Positions 36,371 to 50,162 of a stretch of 64,000 bases of DNA are shown here, in pieces. The position numbers and the translations under genes were made by a program. The notes under the pieces were generated by a model. It saw only the letters and a list, made by a program, of their open reading frames with translations, was not told the origin of the DNA and did not search any database. The first letter of the stretch is position 1. The number at the start of each line of letters is the position of its first letter. This DNA comes from Camelus dromedarius (lineage: Eukaryota), in the NCBI RefSeq assembly GCF_036321535.1, contig NC_087437.1:116004001-116068000 (forward strand). Reading direction: 5' to 3'.

Positions 36371-37689
36371 AGACCAACGGTGAGACACATTCCCCAGGAC
36401 CGAGCGTGGGCCGAGCTCCAGCTCAGGGCCTCCCTCCGTGTGAGTGCTGGGGGTCATAAATCAGAGGAAAGCTCACTGCTAATGGCATCGAGCTCTTTGA
36501 ACCTGTTCTTCTCAGTAAGCTTCTTGCCAGTAATTACAAAAAGAAAGAACAAGTTGCTCTCAGAGCTGAATAGAATAGGTAACTTACTGGCAGGCTGAGC
36601 AGACAGAATCAGAGAATTAGTTTGTAGGCCGGAGAGCGCATTCTCATTAAGATGAGCTGGGTTAGAGGCAAGTGGCCTCTGAAGCTGTCGGACAGCCAGC
36701 CTGGGAGCTTGGAAGGTTCAGAGAGATGCTGGTGCCTCGTCGAGCCGGTCCTCAGGATGCAGCTTAACCATAATGAACCTTTCCCAGGTTAACGATGCTT
36801 TTACTCCTGGTTCGGAAAAGACAGAACTGTGATCTGAAAATGCCTCCTGCCCTACGATCTCAGACCCAAGTGACTGGTTTTTTTTGTTTGTTGCTTTTTT
36901 TTGCACAATGTTTGAACTGATGTCAAATTCATAAGTAGGATGCAGTTTATTTGTTTGAGTGGTGGGACCCTGTTTTTCCGGGTGATAAGATGAGGCCACC
37001 ATAACATGAACTTCCACTTGGGAAATCACTCCTCCAAATATGGCTGTTGACGTCCCTTCTGGTCGACCTGTTCCTTTGCACACGTCATGCCTGGGGACAC
37101 AGGACCACTGCACAGGGGCAGGACTGGCCAAGGTGAGGGGCCTGCAGACGGACTTGACTGAATATAAAAACAGAATGGCTGCCAGCTGGCTTCTGGAGTC
37201 CACCACCAGCCTCTTGTCAGACCCAGACTGACTATCTATTAACAGCAGGTTTTCAGCAATATCATACTTGGCTGAAAAATTTAAAAATGTTTATGACTTG
37301 GCAGGTGGTCAATTCAAGGACCAAAGAGCGGTTTGATTCCCCAGGAAACAAAATCGAGTGTAAAAGGAAGAATGTCCACTAGCAGAGGAGAATTAAATTG
37401 AAGGACCCTGGAGGAGAAGAGCAGGTCATGAGGGCAGCTGCTTTGTCTGACCTGCTGAGGGCCCAGCTCACTGTCAGGGGCCCAGGGGGTGCGTGCTTAC
37501 CCGTCATGAATAATCTCTGAATTCACGCAGGACTCCGGCTCCACCACATCTCCAGCAGCTTTTGTGTGATCATCACTTTTATTAAGTTCCCTCCATAGGT
37601 CTAACGAACAGACTGCAGACCATAAGGTGAAGGGATGTTAGTGTGAATGGGAAAGAGATAGCCCTCGAAGACCCAATTTGATTCTTTTT

Positions 37690-38580
37690 CTCCTTCTAAA
37701 AAAATACGCATGTAAAATTTACCATCTTAACCACGTTTAAGTCTACAGTTCAGTGGTATTAAGTACATTTCACGTTGTTGTGCAACCATGACCGTCATCC
37801 ATCCTCGTAACTCTTTGCATCTTGTAAAACTCTTCTCTGTAGGAAACCACTCCTATTAAACAACAGCTCCCTGTGCCGCCTTCTCCAGTCCTCGGCACCT
37901 GCCATTCTACCTTCTGTCTCTATGAATCTGAGTACTCTAGGGACCTCATATACGTGCAATCAGACAGTTTTTGTCCTTTTGTGTCTGGGTTTATTCCACT
38001 TAGCCTAATGTGTTCAAGGTTCGGCCATGTTGTAGCATACTGCAGAATTTCCTTCTTTCTAAAGGCTGAATAATATTCCACTGAATGGATTTACTACCTT
38101 TTATTTATCTGTTCATCGGTTGATAGACACTTGGATTGCATCCACACTTTAGCTATTGTGAATAATGCTGTTATGAACATGGTTGTACAAATATCTCTTC
38201 AAGACCTTGCTTTCAAATCTTTTGTGTATGTACCTGGATTGCATGCTTCACCACGTGGTAATTCTATTTATAAGTTTTTTGGGGAAACGCCATACTGTTT
38301 TCCACAATGGCTTTTCCATTTTATGTTCCCCACAATGGTGCACAGGGATTCCAATTTATCCATCTCCTCTGTTATTTTCTGATTTTTAAAAACAGTAGCC
38401 ATTCTAACGGCTCAGTGGTATATCATTGTGATTTTCGTTTGCATTTCCCTAATAATGAGTGATGTTGAGCATCTTTTATGTACTAATTGGCCATTCAGTA
38501 TATCTTTTTTTAAAAGAAATGTCCATTCAAGGCCTTTGCCCATTTTTGACTTGGAGTGTTTGTTTTTTTGTTGTTGTTGG
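37690..38580 (-). mobile_element. L1MB-like 3' end
   Basis: AAAATTTACCATCTTAACCA...TACAGTTCAGTGGTATTAAGTACATT...TTGCATTTCCCTAATAATGAGTGATGTTGAGCATCTTT. Confidence 0.9.
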
Positions 38581-40239
38581 GTACCAAGTTAGATTTTTGA
38601 AAGAGTGGATATGGCTGTAAAAAATAAAACAAAACAAAAAAAACTTTAATGTGGCCAAGAGAACTAGGCTAGAAGTGAGGAGGCTAAACACCTGGTCTCA
38701 TCTTCAAAACCACGTTTTTGTTTTGTTTTGTTTTTTGAGATTAAGCCAATAATATGGTTTTGTGAATCTCAGCTTCTTCAAAGACAAGAATATGGGGACT
38801 TGCCTTGTGTTACTCTCTGGAAGCAGTGGGAGGCTTAGAGGTGTCTGGAAGACAGCCACGTGGAAACCCTTCCAGGATGGAATGAACCACTACCGCAGCT
38901 TCCCATTCGTTTTATAGGTTTCACTTGAAAAGATGCTGTTCCTTAAGTCTACATACACTGTCACGCATTTCTAGGACATGTCATGGGTGTGTCTGAAAGA
39001 CTAGGGAGTGTGCAGAGGTGGGTGGTTGGCACTGGTGGGTTTAATTCATCAACCATCTGCAGGCACCCTCCCTGGGAAGCTGGCACAGGGCCTGGTGGGC
39101 ACTCTAAAAGAAAAAACAGAGAACGACAAGATGTCTGTATGACACAAATACCTTGAAGAGTTTCCAAGCTCACTATGGGGAGATGATGCCTGCCCAGGCA
39201 TGGTGAAATAAAAAACACAGTGGGTTGTATGGTCATAAAGTGAAGGGACGGGCACGCAGTTACCAGGATGGGGGAGTGCTGTCACACTGGTCTGGCTCAC
39301 AACACCTTAGCAGGTCGTACTGACATTCAGAATAAGTGTCCAGTAAGACCCATAATGCTCATGCTCATCCCGACCGTTCGTCCCCCTTTCTCAGCTCTTG
39401 TCCTCTCACAGAGGGTGGTGGGGAGGCTGAGGGAAAGCTGGGAGGAGGCACCAACTGTTAACGGTGTCAGCTGCTCATCCAGGGAGCTCTCCTTCCAACC
39501 TCACTGGAAAGCCCCACTTCGGGACAGTCAGTTTACCATCTTGGCTGGAAGGTGCTTCCCCAAGGTCTGGCATCAATGGAGCAGAAGGACATCAGTGCCA
39601 CCTCTCAACTGGGAAGGCAAAGGCAAAGCTGCCCTTAATCAGCAGAGGTTGTAGGTAATCTTGATGGTGCCTTTCAAAGGGGAAGCAACTGAGGGGCACA
39701 ACAGGGATATTAACACAAGCCGTTTCCATTTCAGTTCCTTGTCATCTTAACTTTGAAGCCCAGTTTGGGCTTCTAAATGCTCATTGAAGAACATCTCTAA
39801 AAGATAACAAGAATCGTGAGACCAAAATACAACTGGCAAACTGGACTTTTATAGATGCAGAGATTTAAAAAATATTTGTAAGACAGGTGTCTCCAATAAA
39901 ATTTTCACCATTCCCACCAGTCAGATAGGAGCTGTTCCCTGGTTTAACACCCTTAAAGAAACTGGTGCATTTGAACCACCCGACTGCTGAAGGTGAAGAT
40001 CGAAATAAACAGGATATGGGGCTGTCACCTGCTCAGTCTGCTTTATCTCCCACTGATGTTTTCTGATGATGCCAAAAAGAGAACCAGGGGCTGAACCTTT
40101 TGGCCCCTTCATGGCCATCTTTCCTATGCTCCCCTCTGGTTGAGGGACACTTGGAGGTGAGCCCAGGATCCTAGAGGCTCTTCTAATTATCTCCTTATGT
40201 CTCTTTGATGTCTGCCTAGCGGATGTCTGTCCATAGGGA

Positions 40240-40490
40240 GACGCAGATCAAAATCACAATGAGATATGACTTCATACCCACTAAGATGGCAACAATCAAA
40301 ATGACAGATGGTAACAAATGTTGGCAAGGGTGTGGATAAATATGGACCCTAACAGACTTCTGGTGGGAATATAAAACAGAGCAGCTGCTTTAGAAAACAG
40401 TTCAGAAGTTCCTCAAAAGGTTAAACATTGAGTTTCCATACAATCCAACAATTCCACTCCCAGGTATTTACCTAAGAGAAATGAGAGCAA
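40240..40490 (+). mobile_element. L1 ORF2-end fragment
   Basis: AATCACAATGAGATATGACTTCATACCCACTAAGATGGC...CAATTCCACTCCCAGGTATTTACCTAAGAGAAATG. Confidence 0.8.
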
Positions 40491-40559
40491 GTCCCTTCTA
40501 CATGCTGGAAAAGCTATTTAGAAGCTGCTACAGCTGTTACCCATAAGGCAGCCAACATG

Positions 40560-41400
40560 CATTTATTCATGTAATTCATTCATTCAACAAATGTTGAGTG
40601 TCTCCTATGCATGTCAGGTACTGGGAAACAGTAGTGAACAAAATAGATCAAAGCCTTGCCCTCATTTACATCACAAGCCAGTGGGGAGAAGGACACAGAC
40701 TATTAACTGCAGAAGTAGAATATGTACTGAATTAGACAGAGGTTCTGGGTCAAGGGAGATACTGTAATTTTACATATGATCATCAGGGAAGGCTTTACTG
40801 GAAAAGGTATAGTTTGAATGAAGACCGGAAGGAGTGGGAGAGAGTCAGACAGATTTCTGGAAGGACAATGTTTAAGACAAAGGGACCTCAAGTGTAGTGA
40901 CCCTGAGATGGCATTATGCCTGGCCCATCCCAGGGGCAGCAAGACCAGGGGGCTGGATATGAGTGGGTGTGTGGGTGGGTGCAGCTGCTGTGAGGGTGAT
41001 GATGACTTTTTAGCTGAATGAAATGGGGAGACCTGGAAAGTTTGAGGCAGAGGAGTGACATGATGTGACTTGGGCTTTAGAAGGATCCCCGTATTTTGTG
41101 GAGGATGAGCTGCTTACTCACTGATTCTCAGGACCAAGGGGAAATCAGGGAGGCCAGTTAAGAGGCTGTTGCAATAATCCAGGGAGAAATAATAACATCT
41201 CGGACCAGGTGATCACATTGGAGGTGATGACGTGAAGGATTTCTCCCAGTGCCCTTGGAAGAGTGGGGGTGGATGAAGTGATGTGAGGTTTTGCTCTAGA
41301 GTTAAAGAGAATCTGGGTGAGTAAAATCAAGATCAACCAAGAAACATTGAAAGGAGATACAAGATTCTGTGTCTTAATACACAGCAGAGGGAAATGGCTG
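40560..41400 (-). mobile_element. LINE-2 3' portion
   Basis: ATTCATTCATTCAACAAATGTTGAGTGTCTCCTATG (L2 tail, antisense) and GGGAGGCCAGTTAAGAGGCTGTTGCAATAATCCAGG. Confidence 0.85.
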
Positions 41401-42009
41401 GCGTCCTTATCAAAGGATTGCAGCTGTCCATCTAGCATAAAATTACAGAATGAATCCAGTTGCTGAGTTCATTATAAGTGATGGCAGAAAGCAACATAAG
41501 TAAGTTGAGAGGATAAAATTGCTTTGTTGGTTTGGGTTCCAAATCATGGGAAGAGAAACACCACATCAGTTTAGTGAACAAACACACAGAGGTGCTTCTG
41601 AACCATGAGGCAGAAAACCATTTGTGTTTACTTTCATAATTGTTTTTCTGGATTGGCCGAGAATATAACACCACTATTCTCTTTAATAGCCTGAAAAAAA
41701 AATGGATTCCTTTTCTGTCTTATATGTTCATTTCCTTCCTCCTCCACATTTTGCAATTTTAATAATTTCCCCCATTTGGGTGGTTCAATTGTCCTCTGTG
41801 GAAAATAAAGCCAAAAAAAATCCATGAGAAAGCATAAAATGGATACGTCTGGAAGCACCTCTTTTTCTAAGGATATGTAATAAAAAGGACATATTTACTT
41901 TAGGAAATGTGCTCTTTGATTGAATTTAAAGTGTTTTGATTGTTGAAACTTTGATTTCCTTGTAGGTTTTCAGGAGCAGAATTATTCCTTCAAGTCCCAC
42001 CTGCTTGTT

Positions 42010-42430
42010 ACAGGTGATGAGGCTAAAGCAGTGAACAAAACAGATAAAAACTCAACTTTATGGCACTATAGCCCAGTTGGGGGAGACAGGAAATAAACAG
42101 ATAAATAAGTGTAATGTAGAAAGACAAGATGATGAGCTCTACAGAGGAAAACAAAGCAAAGATGTTCATGAGGTGATCCAGGGTAGAGGGGTGGTTGCCA
42201 ATTAAGTGAGGTGGACAGGGAAGGCTCCCCTGAGACACTGTCCTTTATTTACCATCTGCCTTAAAGACCTGGAGGAGGTGAGGGAGCCATGCAGATATCC
42301 GGGAGAGAACAGAATAGCAGGCACAAAGGCCCCAAGTCAGGAGGACTGACCAGGAGGCCTATGTGGTTGGAGCAGAGTGAGTGAGCTGAGTAGTAAGAGA
42401 TGAGGTCAGACTGATAATGGGAGGGGACAC
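42010..42430 (-). mobile_element. LINE-2 fragment, probably continuing at about 43530-43800 after the L1
   Basis: GCAGTGAACAAAACAGATAAAA...GGAAGGCTCCCCTGAG...GGTTGGAGCAGAGTGAGTGAG. Confidence 0.75.
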
Positions 42431-42519
42431 AACAAACAGGTGCTCACTGAATCTAAGTTCTCAGAAGAGCCTTTTCTGGTGAGAAGGAATGTCAGAGGAG
42501 AGACAAGACATATTTAAAA

Positions 42520-43510
42520 GGACTGTGAAAAGACAGAATGGGTGAAAATATTTGCAAATCATGTACCTGATAAGGGACTTATATTTGCAATACAAAAAGG
42601 AGACTTACAAGTGAATAATAAAGTGATGAATAATCCAATTAAAATGAGATTCAAATAGACATTTCTACAAAGAAGATCTATAAATGGTTAATGCAAATTG
42701 CATTTCCCTAATAGCTAATGATGTTAAGCATGAAAAGATGTTCAACATCCTTATCTGTTAAGGAAATACAAATCAAAACCACAATGAAATACAACTTTAT
42801 ACTCACTAGGATGGTTAGATGACAGACAATAACAAGTGTTGGTGATGATGTGGAGAAACTGGAACTTTCATGGATTGTTGTTGAGAATGTAAAATGATGC
42901 AGCTGCTTTAGAAAACAGTTTGGAAGTTGCTTAAAATGTTAAACATAGAATTACCACATGATCCAACAAGTGCACTCCTCAGTATATATTCAGGAGAAAT
43001 GAGACCAAAGGCCCACATAGAAACTTGTACACAAATGTTCATAGCGGCATTATTCATAGTAGTCAGGATTATTTGTGGTAACAGCCCAAATGGCCATCAA
43101 CTGATGAATGGATAAATAAAATGTGGTATGTCCATGTAATGGAATACTAATTGGCAATAAAAAGTAATGAGGAATGGTTAAATGTTTCAACATGAATGAA
43201 TCTTAAAGACATTTTGCTAAATGAAGGAAGCCAGACACAAAAGGTCACATACTATACAATTCCATTTATAGGAAATGTCCAGGACAGGCAAATCCAGAGA
43301 CAGGAAGTAGATTAGTGGTTGTCAGGGCCTCAGGGGAAGGGAGAAAGTGGTTGATGACTAAGGGGTGGCAGGTTTCATTTTAGGGTAATGAAAAGTTTCT
43401 AAAATTGATTGTGGTTGTGGTTGCACAACTCTGTGAATGCATTAAAAAGCACTGGAATTGTGTACTTTGGGTGAGTTTTATAATATGTAAATGTTGTCTT
43501 TGTAAAGCCA
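42520..43510 (+). mobile_element. L1MB-like 3' portion
   Basis: AAAATATTTGCAAATCATGTACCTGATAAGGG...peptide LNIELPHDPTSALLSIYSGEM...GTGGTTGCACAACTCTGTGAAT. Confidence 0.9.
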
Positions 43511-43969
43511 TTCAAAGCACACAGATAAGAAGGACCCCTATGGCTGCTCTGTGCAGAACCTTCTACCGGGATGCAAACAGGAGCAAGAATGCCAGCAGGG
43601 GGACTGTTACATCAACCCAGGTGCTGAGATGACGGGGGCTGGATCACAGTGCCAGCGGTGGAAGTGAGGAGAACTAGGATTTTAGGTTCATTTCATAGCA
43701 GAGCAGAGTTTTGCTGACTTAGTGGCTGTGGGGGGTTGGGGAATGGACTGTGCTGTTACCCTACTGGGAAGACTGAGAGAGAGGAGCCAAAGATGGGGAG
43801 CAAATCCAAAAATAAGTGACCACAGGGCCCATTACTATGATGAAGGTAGAGGGCTAGATGCTCCAGGATGTGCAAATAGATGTAGATCCTAGTCCTTGCT
43901 TTAGGAAGCTTACAATCTGAGTGCTGATTCTGACACAGAAACACCAAAAAGCTTACATGAGTACAATAA

Positions 43970-45660
43970 TTTTTAAAATTAAAACATTATTGAAATATAG
44001 TTGAAGTACAATATTATGTTAGTTTCATGTGTACAACATAGTGATTCATTTAATTACATTTAAATACTTAACAAAATGAACACCACTATAAGTCTTATAA
44101 TGCTCTGTCACCATACAAAGTTGTTATGCAGTATTATTGACCGTACTCCTTGGGCTTTCTATTACGTCCCCATGGCATTTATTACATAACTCAAAGTTTG
44201 TACCTCTTAACCCTCCTTACCTATTTATCCCAAAACCTACCTCCCCCCACTCTGGCAATTACCAGTTTGTTTCTGCATCTATGAATTCGTTTCTGTTTTA
44301 CTTTGCTTTATTTGTTTGTTTTGTTTTTTAGATTCCACACATAAGTGAAATTATACAGAATTTGTCCTTCTCTGTCTGACTTACTTCATTTAGTATAATA
44401 CCCTCTAGATGCATCTATGCTGTCATAAATGGCAAGATTTCATTAATTTTTATTGCTGAATAATATTCTATTGCATCGATGCATCACATTTTCTATATCC
44501 ACTCATCTATTGATGGGCACTTAGGTTGCTTCCATATCTTGGCCATTGAAAACAATGCTGCAATGAGGCATGTATATCTTCAAATTAGTGGGTTTTTTTC
44601 CTTCAGGTAAATATGCAGAAATAGAATTGCTGATCCTGTGGTAGTTGTATTTTTAATTTTTTGAGGAACCTCCAAACTGCTTTCCATGGTGGCTGCACCA
44701 ATTTGCAATCCCACCAACAGTGCATGAAGGTTCCCGTCTCTCTTCATCCTCACCAACACTTGTTAATTGTTGTCTTTCTGACAGTAGCCATTCTGACAGG
44801 TGTGAGGTGATGTCTCATTGTGATTTTGATATTTGCATTTCTCTGATGATTAGTGATGTTGAGCATCTTTTCATGTGTCTGTTGGCCATCTGTAGGATGT
44901 CTTCTTTAGAAAAATGTCTATTTAGTTCCTCTGCTCATTTTCTAACAGAATTTTTTTTTTTTTGATATTGAGTTGTATGAGTTTGTTCTGTATTTTGGAT
45001 ATTAACTCCTTTTTGGATATATTATTTGAAAATATCTTCTTCAATTCAGTAGAAAGCCTTTCTGTTCTGTTGATGGTTTCCTTTTCTGTACTTAAGCTTT
45101 TTAGTTTGATGTAGTTCCATTTGTTTATTTTTGCTTTTGTTGCCCTGGCCTGAGGAGACAGATCCAAAAAAATATTACTGAGACCCATATTAAAGAGTGT
45201 TTTCTTCTAGGAGTTTTGTGGCTTCAGGTCTTATGTTTCAGTCTTTAATCCATTTTAAGTTTAATTTTGTACATTGTATAAGACAGGGGCCCAGTTTCAT
45301 TCTTTTGCATGTAGCTGTTCAGTTTTCCCAACATCGATGATTGATGAGGCTGTCTTTCCTTCATTGCACATTCTTGTCTCCTTTGTCATAGACTGGTTGA
45401 CCATAAAAGCATAGATTTACCTCTGGGCTCTCTATTCTGTTCCAGAAATCTATGTGTCTGTTTCTTCGTGCGTGTGTGCCAGTACCATACTGTTTGGATT
45501 ACCAAAACTTTGTAGTATAGTTTGAAATCAGGCAGTGTGATACCGCCAGCTTTGTTCTTCTTTATCAAGATTGTTTCTGCTATTCAAAGTTTTTTTGTGC
45601 TTTTATATAAATTTCAGGATTCTTTGTTATTGTTCTGTGAAAAATGTCACTGGTATTTTG
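43970..45660 (-). mobile_element. L1 (L1MA9-like or artiodactyl) 3' 1.7 kb
   Basis: Minus-strand peptides TKAKINKWNYIKLKS and [18 protein letters not shown]...TVWYWH from L1 ORF2. Confidence 0.9.
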
Positions 45661-46600
45661 ACTTTCGCTCACTTTTAAATTGAGTTGTTTATAGTTTTTA
45701 TTACCAAATTGTAGTAGTTTTAAAAAATATTTCTACACAGAAATCCCTTAACAGTTGTATATGAATAATTTCTACTAATCTGTGATTTGTCTTTTAGTTT
45801 CTTAATAACATCTATTAGATGGGCAGAAGTTTGAATATTGATAAATTCCAATTTACCAAAACAAATTTTAATGGTTATTGCTTTCTGTGAATTCTCTAAC
45901 AAGTTTATGCCCATCCCCGAAGTCATGAAGTTATTCTCTTTGATTTCCTCTAGAGCTTTATATAGTTTTAGTTTTAGTTTTGGAATAATTTCTGTGTATG
46001 TTGTGAAGTGGGAATTAAGATACTTTTTTCCCCATATTTACCTGTTTCCACATCATTTTTTGAAAAAAAAAATTCCCTTTGGATTGCTTTTGCATCTCTG
46101 TTGAAAAATTATTGGATCGTATATGTTCAGTTTATTTCTGGTACCTCGATTTGGTTCCACTGCTCTATTTTTGTCTGTTCTTTAAACAGCACAGCGCTAA
46201 CTTGAGGACTTAGCTTTATATTAAATCTTCAAGTCAGTTAGTGTAGTTCCTCCACATTTGTTCTTTATCAAGATTGTGTTGGCTATTCTAGATGCTTTGA
46301 ATTTCCATATACATTTTAGGATCAGCTTGTCAGTTTTTATTTTTAAAAGCCTGCTCTAGTTTGGTTTAGGTTTGCACTGGATCTACAGATAAATGTGGAG
46401 AAAACTGATCTTATGACACATTGTCTTCTAATCCTTAAACATTGTAGATGTTTCCTTTTATTTAGGCTTTCTTTTATGTCTCTCAGTATTGTTTTGTAGT
46501 TTTCACTATAGAGATCCTATGTACCTTTTGTTAAATTTATCTCCAAGTAGCTCATGTTTCTGGATACTATTAGAGTATTTTTAAAATTTATTTTCAAATG
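45660..46600 (-). mobile_element. Older L1M ORF2 fragment
   Basis: A second, more decayed copy of the same ORF2 region (TTGTTCTTTATCAAGATTGTGTTGGCTATTCTAG...TTCCATATACATTTTAGGATCAGCTTGTC). Confidence 0.75.
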
Positions 46601-46609
46601 TTATGTAAT

Positions 46610-46752
46610 AAAATATATATATATAACTGTATATACATATATATGTATGTGTGTTTGTGTGAGTATATCCACATTTACCGTCTATATTAATCTATCATCT
46701 ATTTATCTGTCTTCTATCTATCTGTCTATCTATCTATCTATCTATCTATATG
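46610..46752. repeat. (TA)n and (TCTA)n microsatellites
   Basis: ATATATATATA and TCTATCTATCTGTCTATCTATCTATCTATCTATCTA seen directly. Confidence 0.9.
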
Positions 46753-46869
46753 TTTTTTTGGATGTCCATTCCTCTGAATTGGCTAAATTACATTCCTTAG
46801 TTCAAGGTGCAATTTCATCATTGGTGCACGTGAGGCAGGTATATTTCATGCACATATTTGTGTATTTTT

Positions 46870-48430
46870 AGTTGTGTAATAAGCACCCTTTAATCCACCT
46901 CCCATGACAAAAGCTTCACTGACAATAAACTATATCTAATCATAAGCCCCCTCCCCAAATCCTCTCTCCTGCTCCCCATAGTTAAATATCATCATCCTGA
47001 TTGGACTTTAAGTCATGTTTCTAGGTTTCTGCTATTACAAGCAATTCTGTAATAAATATTCTCATGCAGCATATTTAGTCCAAAAGCCAATTATGTTCTT
47101 GGGATGTGTTCTTATAACTGGAATTTTTATGTCAAAGTATATTAAAGGACAAGACTTTTAAAGATTCTTGACATATTTTAGCAAGTGACTTCCAGAGCAC
47201 TGGTACCAATTAAATCTCTCACCAGCAAGACTAGAATGCCCAGTTCAGGATGTCCTGCTCAAAACTTGGTAAATATATACTTTAAAACTTGGTAGATTTG
47301 ATGACTTAAATGTTAAATTTTGGGTTAGTTTTCATTTTTTTTGTATAGTGATCTTTCCTATTCTTTGCACAAATTCTATTTTAATTTTAAATACATTTTC
47401 CATGATATTTCACAAATTATATATAGTAACCAGCTGAGCATCATATTTATAGAAAGCATTTTCCACTTTAAGTGTGCCCATGATTTTTGTAACCTGCCAT
47501 ATAGATATTGAATTTTTATGTGGTCAAATGTGATCATTTTCCCTCTGTGATTTTGTTGATTGCTTTCATTGCTTCCAAGATCATGTTTAGACAGAAATTA
47601 ACCTAAAACATCTTCTAGATTGTATGTAGTTTCTTTTTTTTTTACATTGAATTTAACTGTCATTTATTAAGCATATCCCATGTGCCAGGCACCATGTCCT
47701 TCTTTTACGGATGTTAAGCATCTGCCTGTTCACAGTTCTGCCAGGAACTGATCACACTTTGGTTATTGGTGTCGCCAAGGTTGCACAGCAAGTACGTCGT
47801 GGGGCTGGGATCCGAACCCAGCTTCCGTGTCTTATTTGCAACATCATCATGCAGCTATAGAGGAGGTGCTCACTTTTTTTTTATTTTTTATTTTCCCCAA
47901 ATATTTACTTAATTTTTTCAGAGGCATATGTTGAGTAATCCTTTCTTAACCTCCTTATTTGTAATTTTATTTTTTATTGCCTTCTAGGTTTTATACGTAC
48001 TAGGGTTTGCTTTCTAATGTGTGCCTTCTCCTCGCTTTTCCTTTGAATGTTCTGCCAAAACAATACACCAAACTCTTCTGTTACAGATGTACTACAGGTG
48101 TAGCAATTGCTGGTGTTCCTTCCACTCACTCTACCTACACAACGCATCTTCTCACACCTACTTATTCTTCCAGATGAACATTTTTGAGTCACTTTGTCAA
48201 GATACAGGAAAATTGGTGGGGGGTAGGGTGGGTGGATTCGATCTCTGCAGGAAAACGAGATGTTACCATCTGACTCTTTCCTGATTCAGAAAGATTGAGT
48301 GTCTCCCCCTTTATTCAAGCCTTATATGCACCTTTAAATAAAGTTGTACAGTTTCCTCTAACAGGTGCTGCATTTTTCTAGTACACAGAAGAGCTCTTGG
48401 GTTTTGTTTTTTGCATTTTACTTTATATTG
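46870..48430 (-). mobile_element. Decayed L1ME-like fragments with an internal MIR-like piece (about 47660-47830)
   Basis: T-rich antisense L1 motifs; CATTTATTAAGCA...TGTGCCAGGCAC and GCCAAGGTTGCACAGC...GGGCTGGGATCCGAACCCAG. Confidence 0.5.
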
Positions 48431-49839
48431 AGTTCTCATTATCAGTTTCAGTGTACATATGTATACACTGCCTCGCTCTGCACAGGAAGGGGCCCTGGGA
48501 GGGCCCTGGAAGTGGCCTGGGAGCAGAGGAGAACCTGGGAGGATGTGAGCCCTGGGTGCCAGTGCGCTAATGAGTAGGAGGAGGCCGAGGCTGCTCAGTA
48601 GACGTGGGGCCTCGGCCCGGGGGGCAGAGGAAGCAGGAAGGGGTGGCTCACATGCTGGGACAGTGGGGCAGGTCTCAGGGGACACTGTACGACCAGGAGG
48701 ACCAAACCTCAACCTGGCTACATGTCGTGTCAAGAGTTACAGATAATATATGCTCATAATAATAATATCAGGTTGATAAAATATAAATTAAAAAAAAAAC
48801 AGAAAAGGACAAAATGAGAGGCAGAAGAAGAGAAGGGAAGGGAGGAGATGGAGGGGAGGGGGAAGGCTTCTCCCTGTTGCTCCTGCAAATTCCCCAGCCT
48901 GTGGGGCTGGGGAGGGGCTGTGCTGCCCCCAGTTTTCAGAACCGTCTCCATGGGCATCTTCTCATTTCACTCACTAACACCCTGGCCCTGCCTATGGGGC
49001 AGTAGTCTTAACTCTAGTTCACTCTTTCAAGACTCATTTGGTATTTGGTGGAATATTATTATTTCTTCCCCCCATTTTGGACCCTTTTTAAAGACGACTT
49101 GCAGGTACAGAGTTGGTTCCTGCCTCCCCTGAAAGGGGGCTGCCTTCCCCTGGGAGTATCTCCCTGCTCCCAAAGCCCCCACCACGTCCCACAGAGCTCT
49201 TGAGGCTGGCACCTTCCAGGACCCCCGGGCTGGCCTCAGATGACATTGTTCCCACGTCAGTAGAGGACTAGAGACCAGCCTCTCCTGGGAGAGGCCCAGA
49301 GCATGACCTAGAGGCTCTGAGCCTGGCTGGCCATGGAGATGTTAGGAGAGCCGGGTGTGGTTTAATGAAATAAAATCTGGTTAATTGAGCCAAAAGGAGG
49401 ATTTGCACCCTCCGCAAAGGCCCACTGTGAAGATGACTCAGTGGACTGGAGACCCTCCCGAAGATGGCAGGGCTATGTGAGAGACTGTGTCACCCCCAGA
49501 GCTGGGTCCCCCTCTACCAGCAGCACGCAGACCACACAGGGACAGTCTGGCTCCACAGAACACTTGAAATTATGACTCTGCTAGTTCCAATGGATTTTCC
49601 CAAAGTGTTAGGATGAGAATCCATGTCTTTTAACTAATACCTCTGGGGACATCCTTCACCCTTCACCCCAGTCCCCCACAGTCCCCTACACAAGGGAAGA
49701 GGGAGCCTCAGAGGAGGGGGATCCCCGGGACCTCTGGGGCAGGACCAGCTGTCTCTGCAGCAGAGGGAACCTTTAACTCAGGAGCCTGGCTCTCACCAGG
49801 ACAGGGTCCCACCACTCTGCCCTGACCTCCTCTTAGGCA

Positions 49840-50162
49840 CAGAACGGGACCGGCCTGGCCCTGCTTTGACCCCCTAGGTCTGCTGTGGGGCCAGGCGGGC
49901 CTCGAGTGGCCCAGCTCCAGGCTGTGCTCAGCCCTCCCCCTCCCCCAGGGCCTGGGTAAGTGAGGTCGCTTTCCACTGCCAGCGACGTTAGGGACAACTG
50001 CGGACCGGGACCTGGCTGGCCTCCCCTCCCCCGGCCCAGCTGCCCGCCCTGGCGGGCAGGCGCTTGCTTACCTTGGAGACGGAACACCGCAGGGTTCTGA
50101 GCGGGCAGTTGGGCCCACAGGACGCTGGTCCTCAGAGGCAGAGCTGCGGAGGCCTCGCCGCC
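49840..50162 (+). promoter_or_regulatory. GC/CpG-rich putative promoter and 5' UTR of the cTAGE-like gene
   Basis: Local CpG retention in an otherwise CpG-poor window; GC-box-like CCCGCCC (50043-50049) and CCCCTCCCCC motifs directly upstream of the Kozak ATG. Confidence 0.45.

Noticed and set aside
50064..50162. N-terminal extension of the 536-aa ORF in the track
   Set aside because: It starts at TTG; homology to cTAGE5 and the GCCGCCATGG Kozak context point to the ATG at 50163
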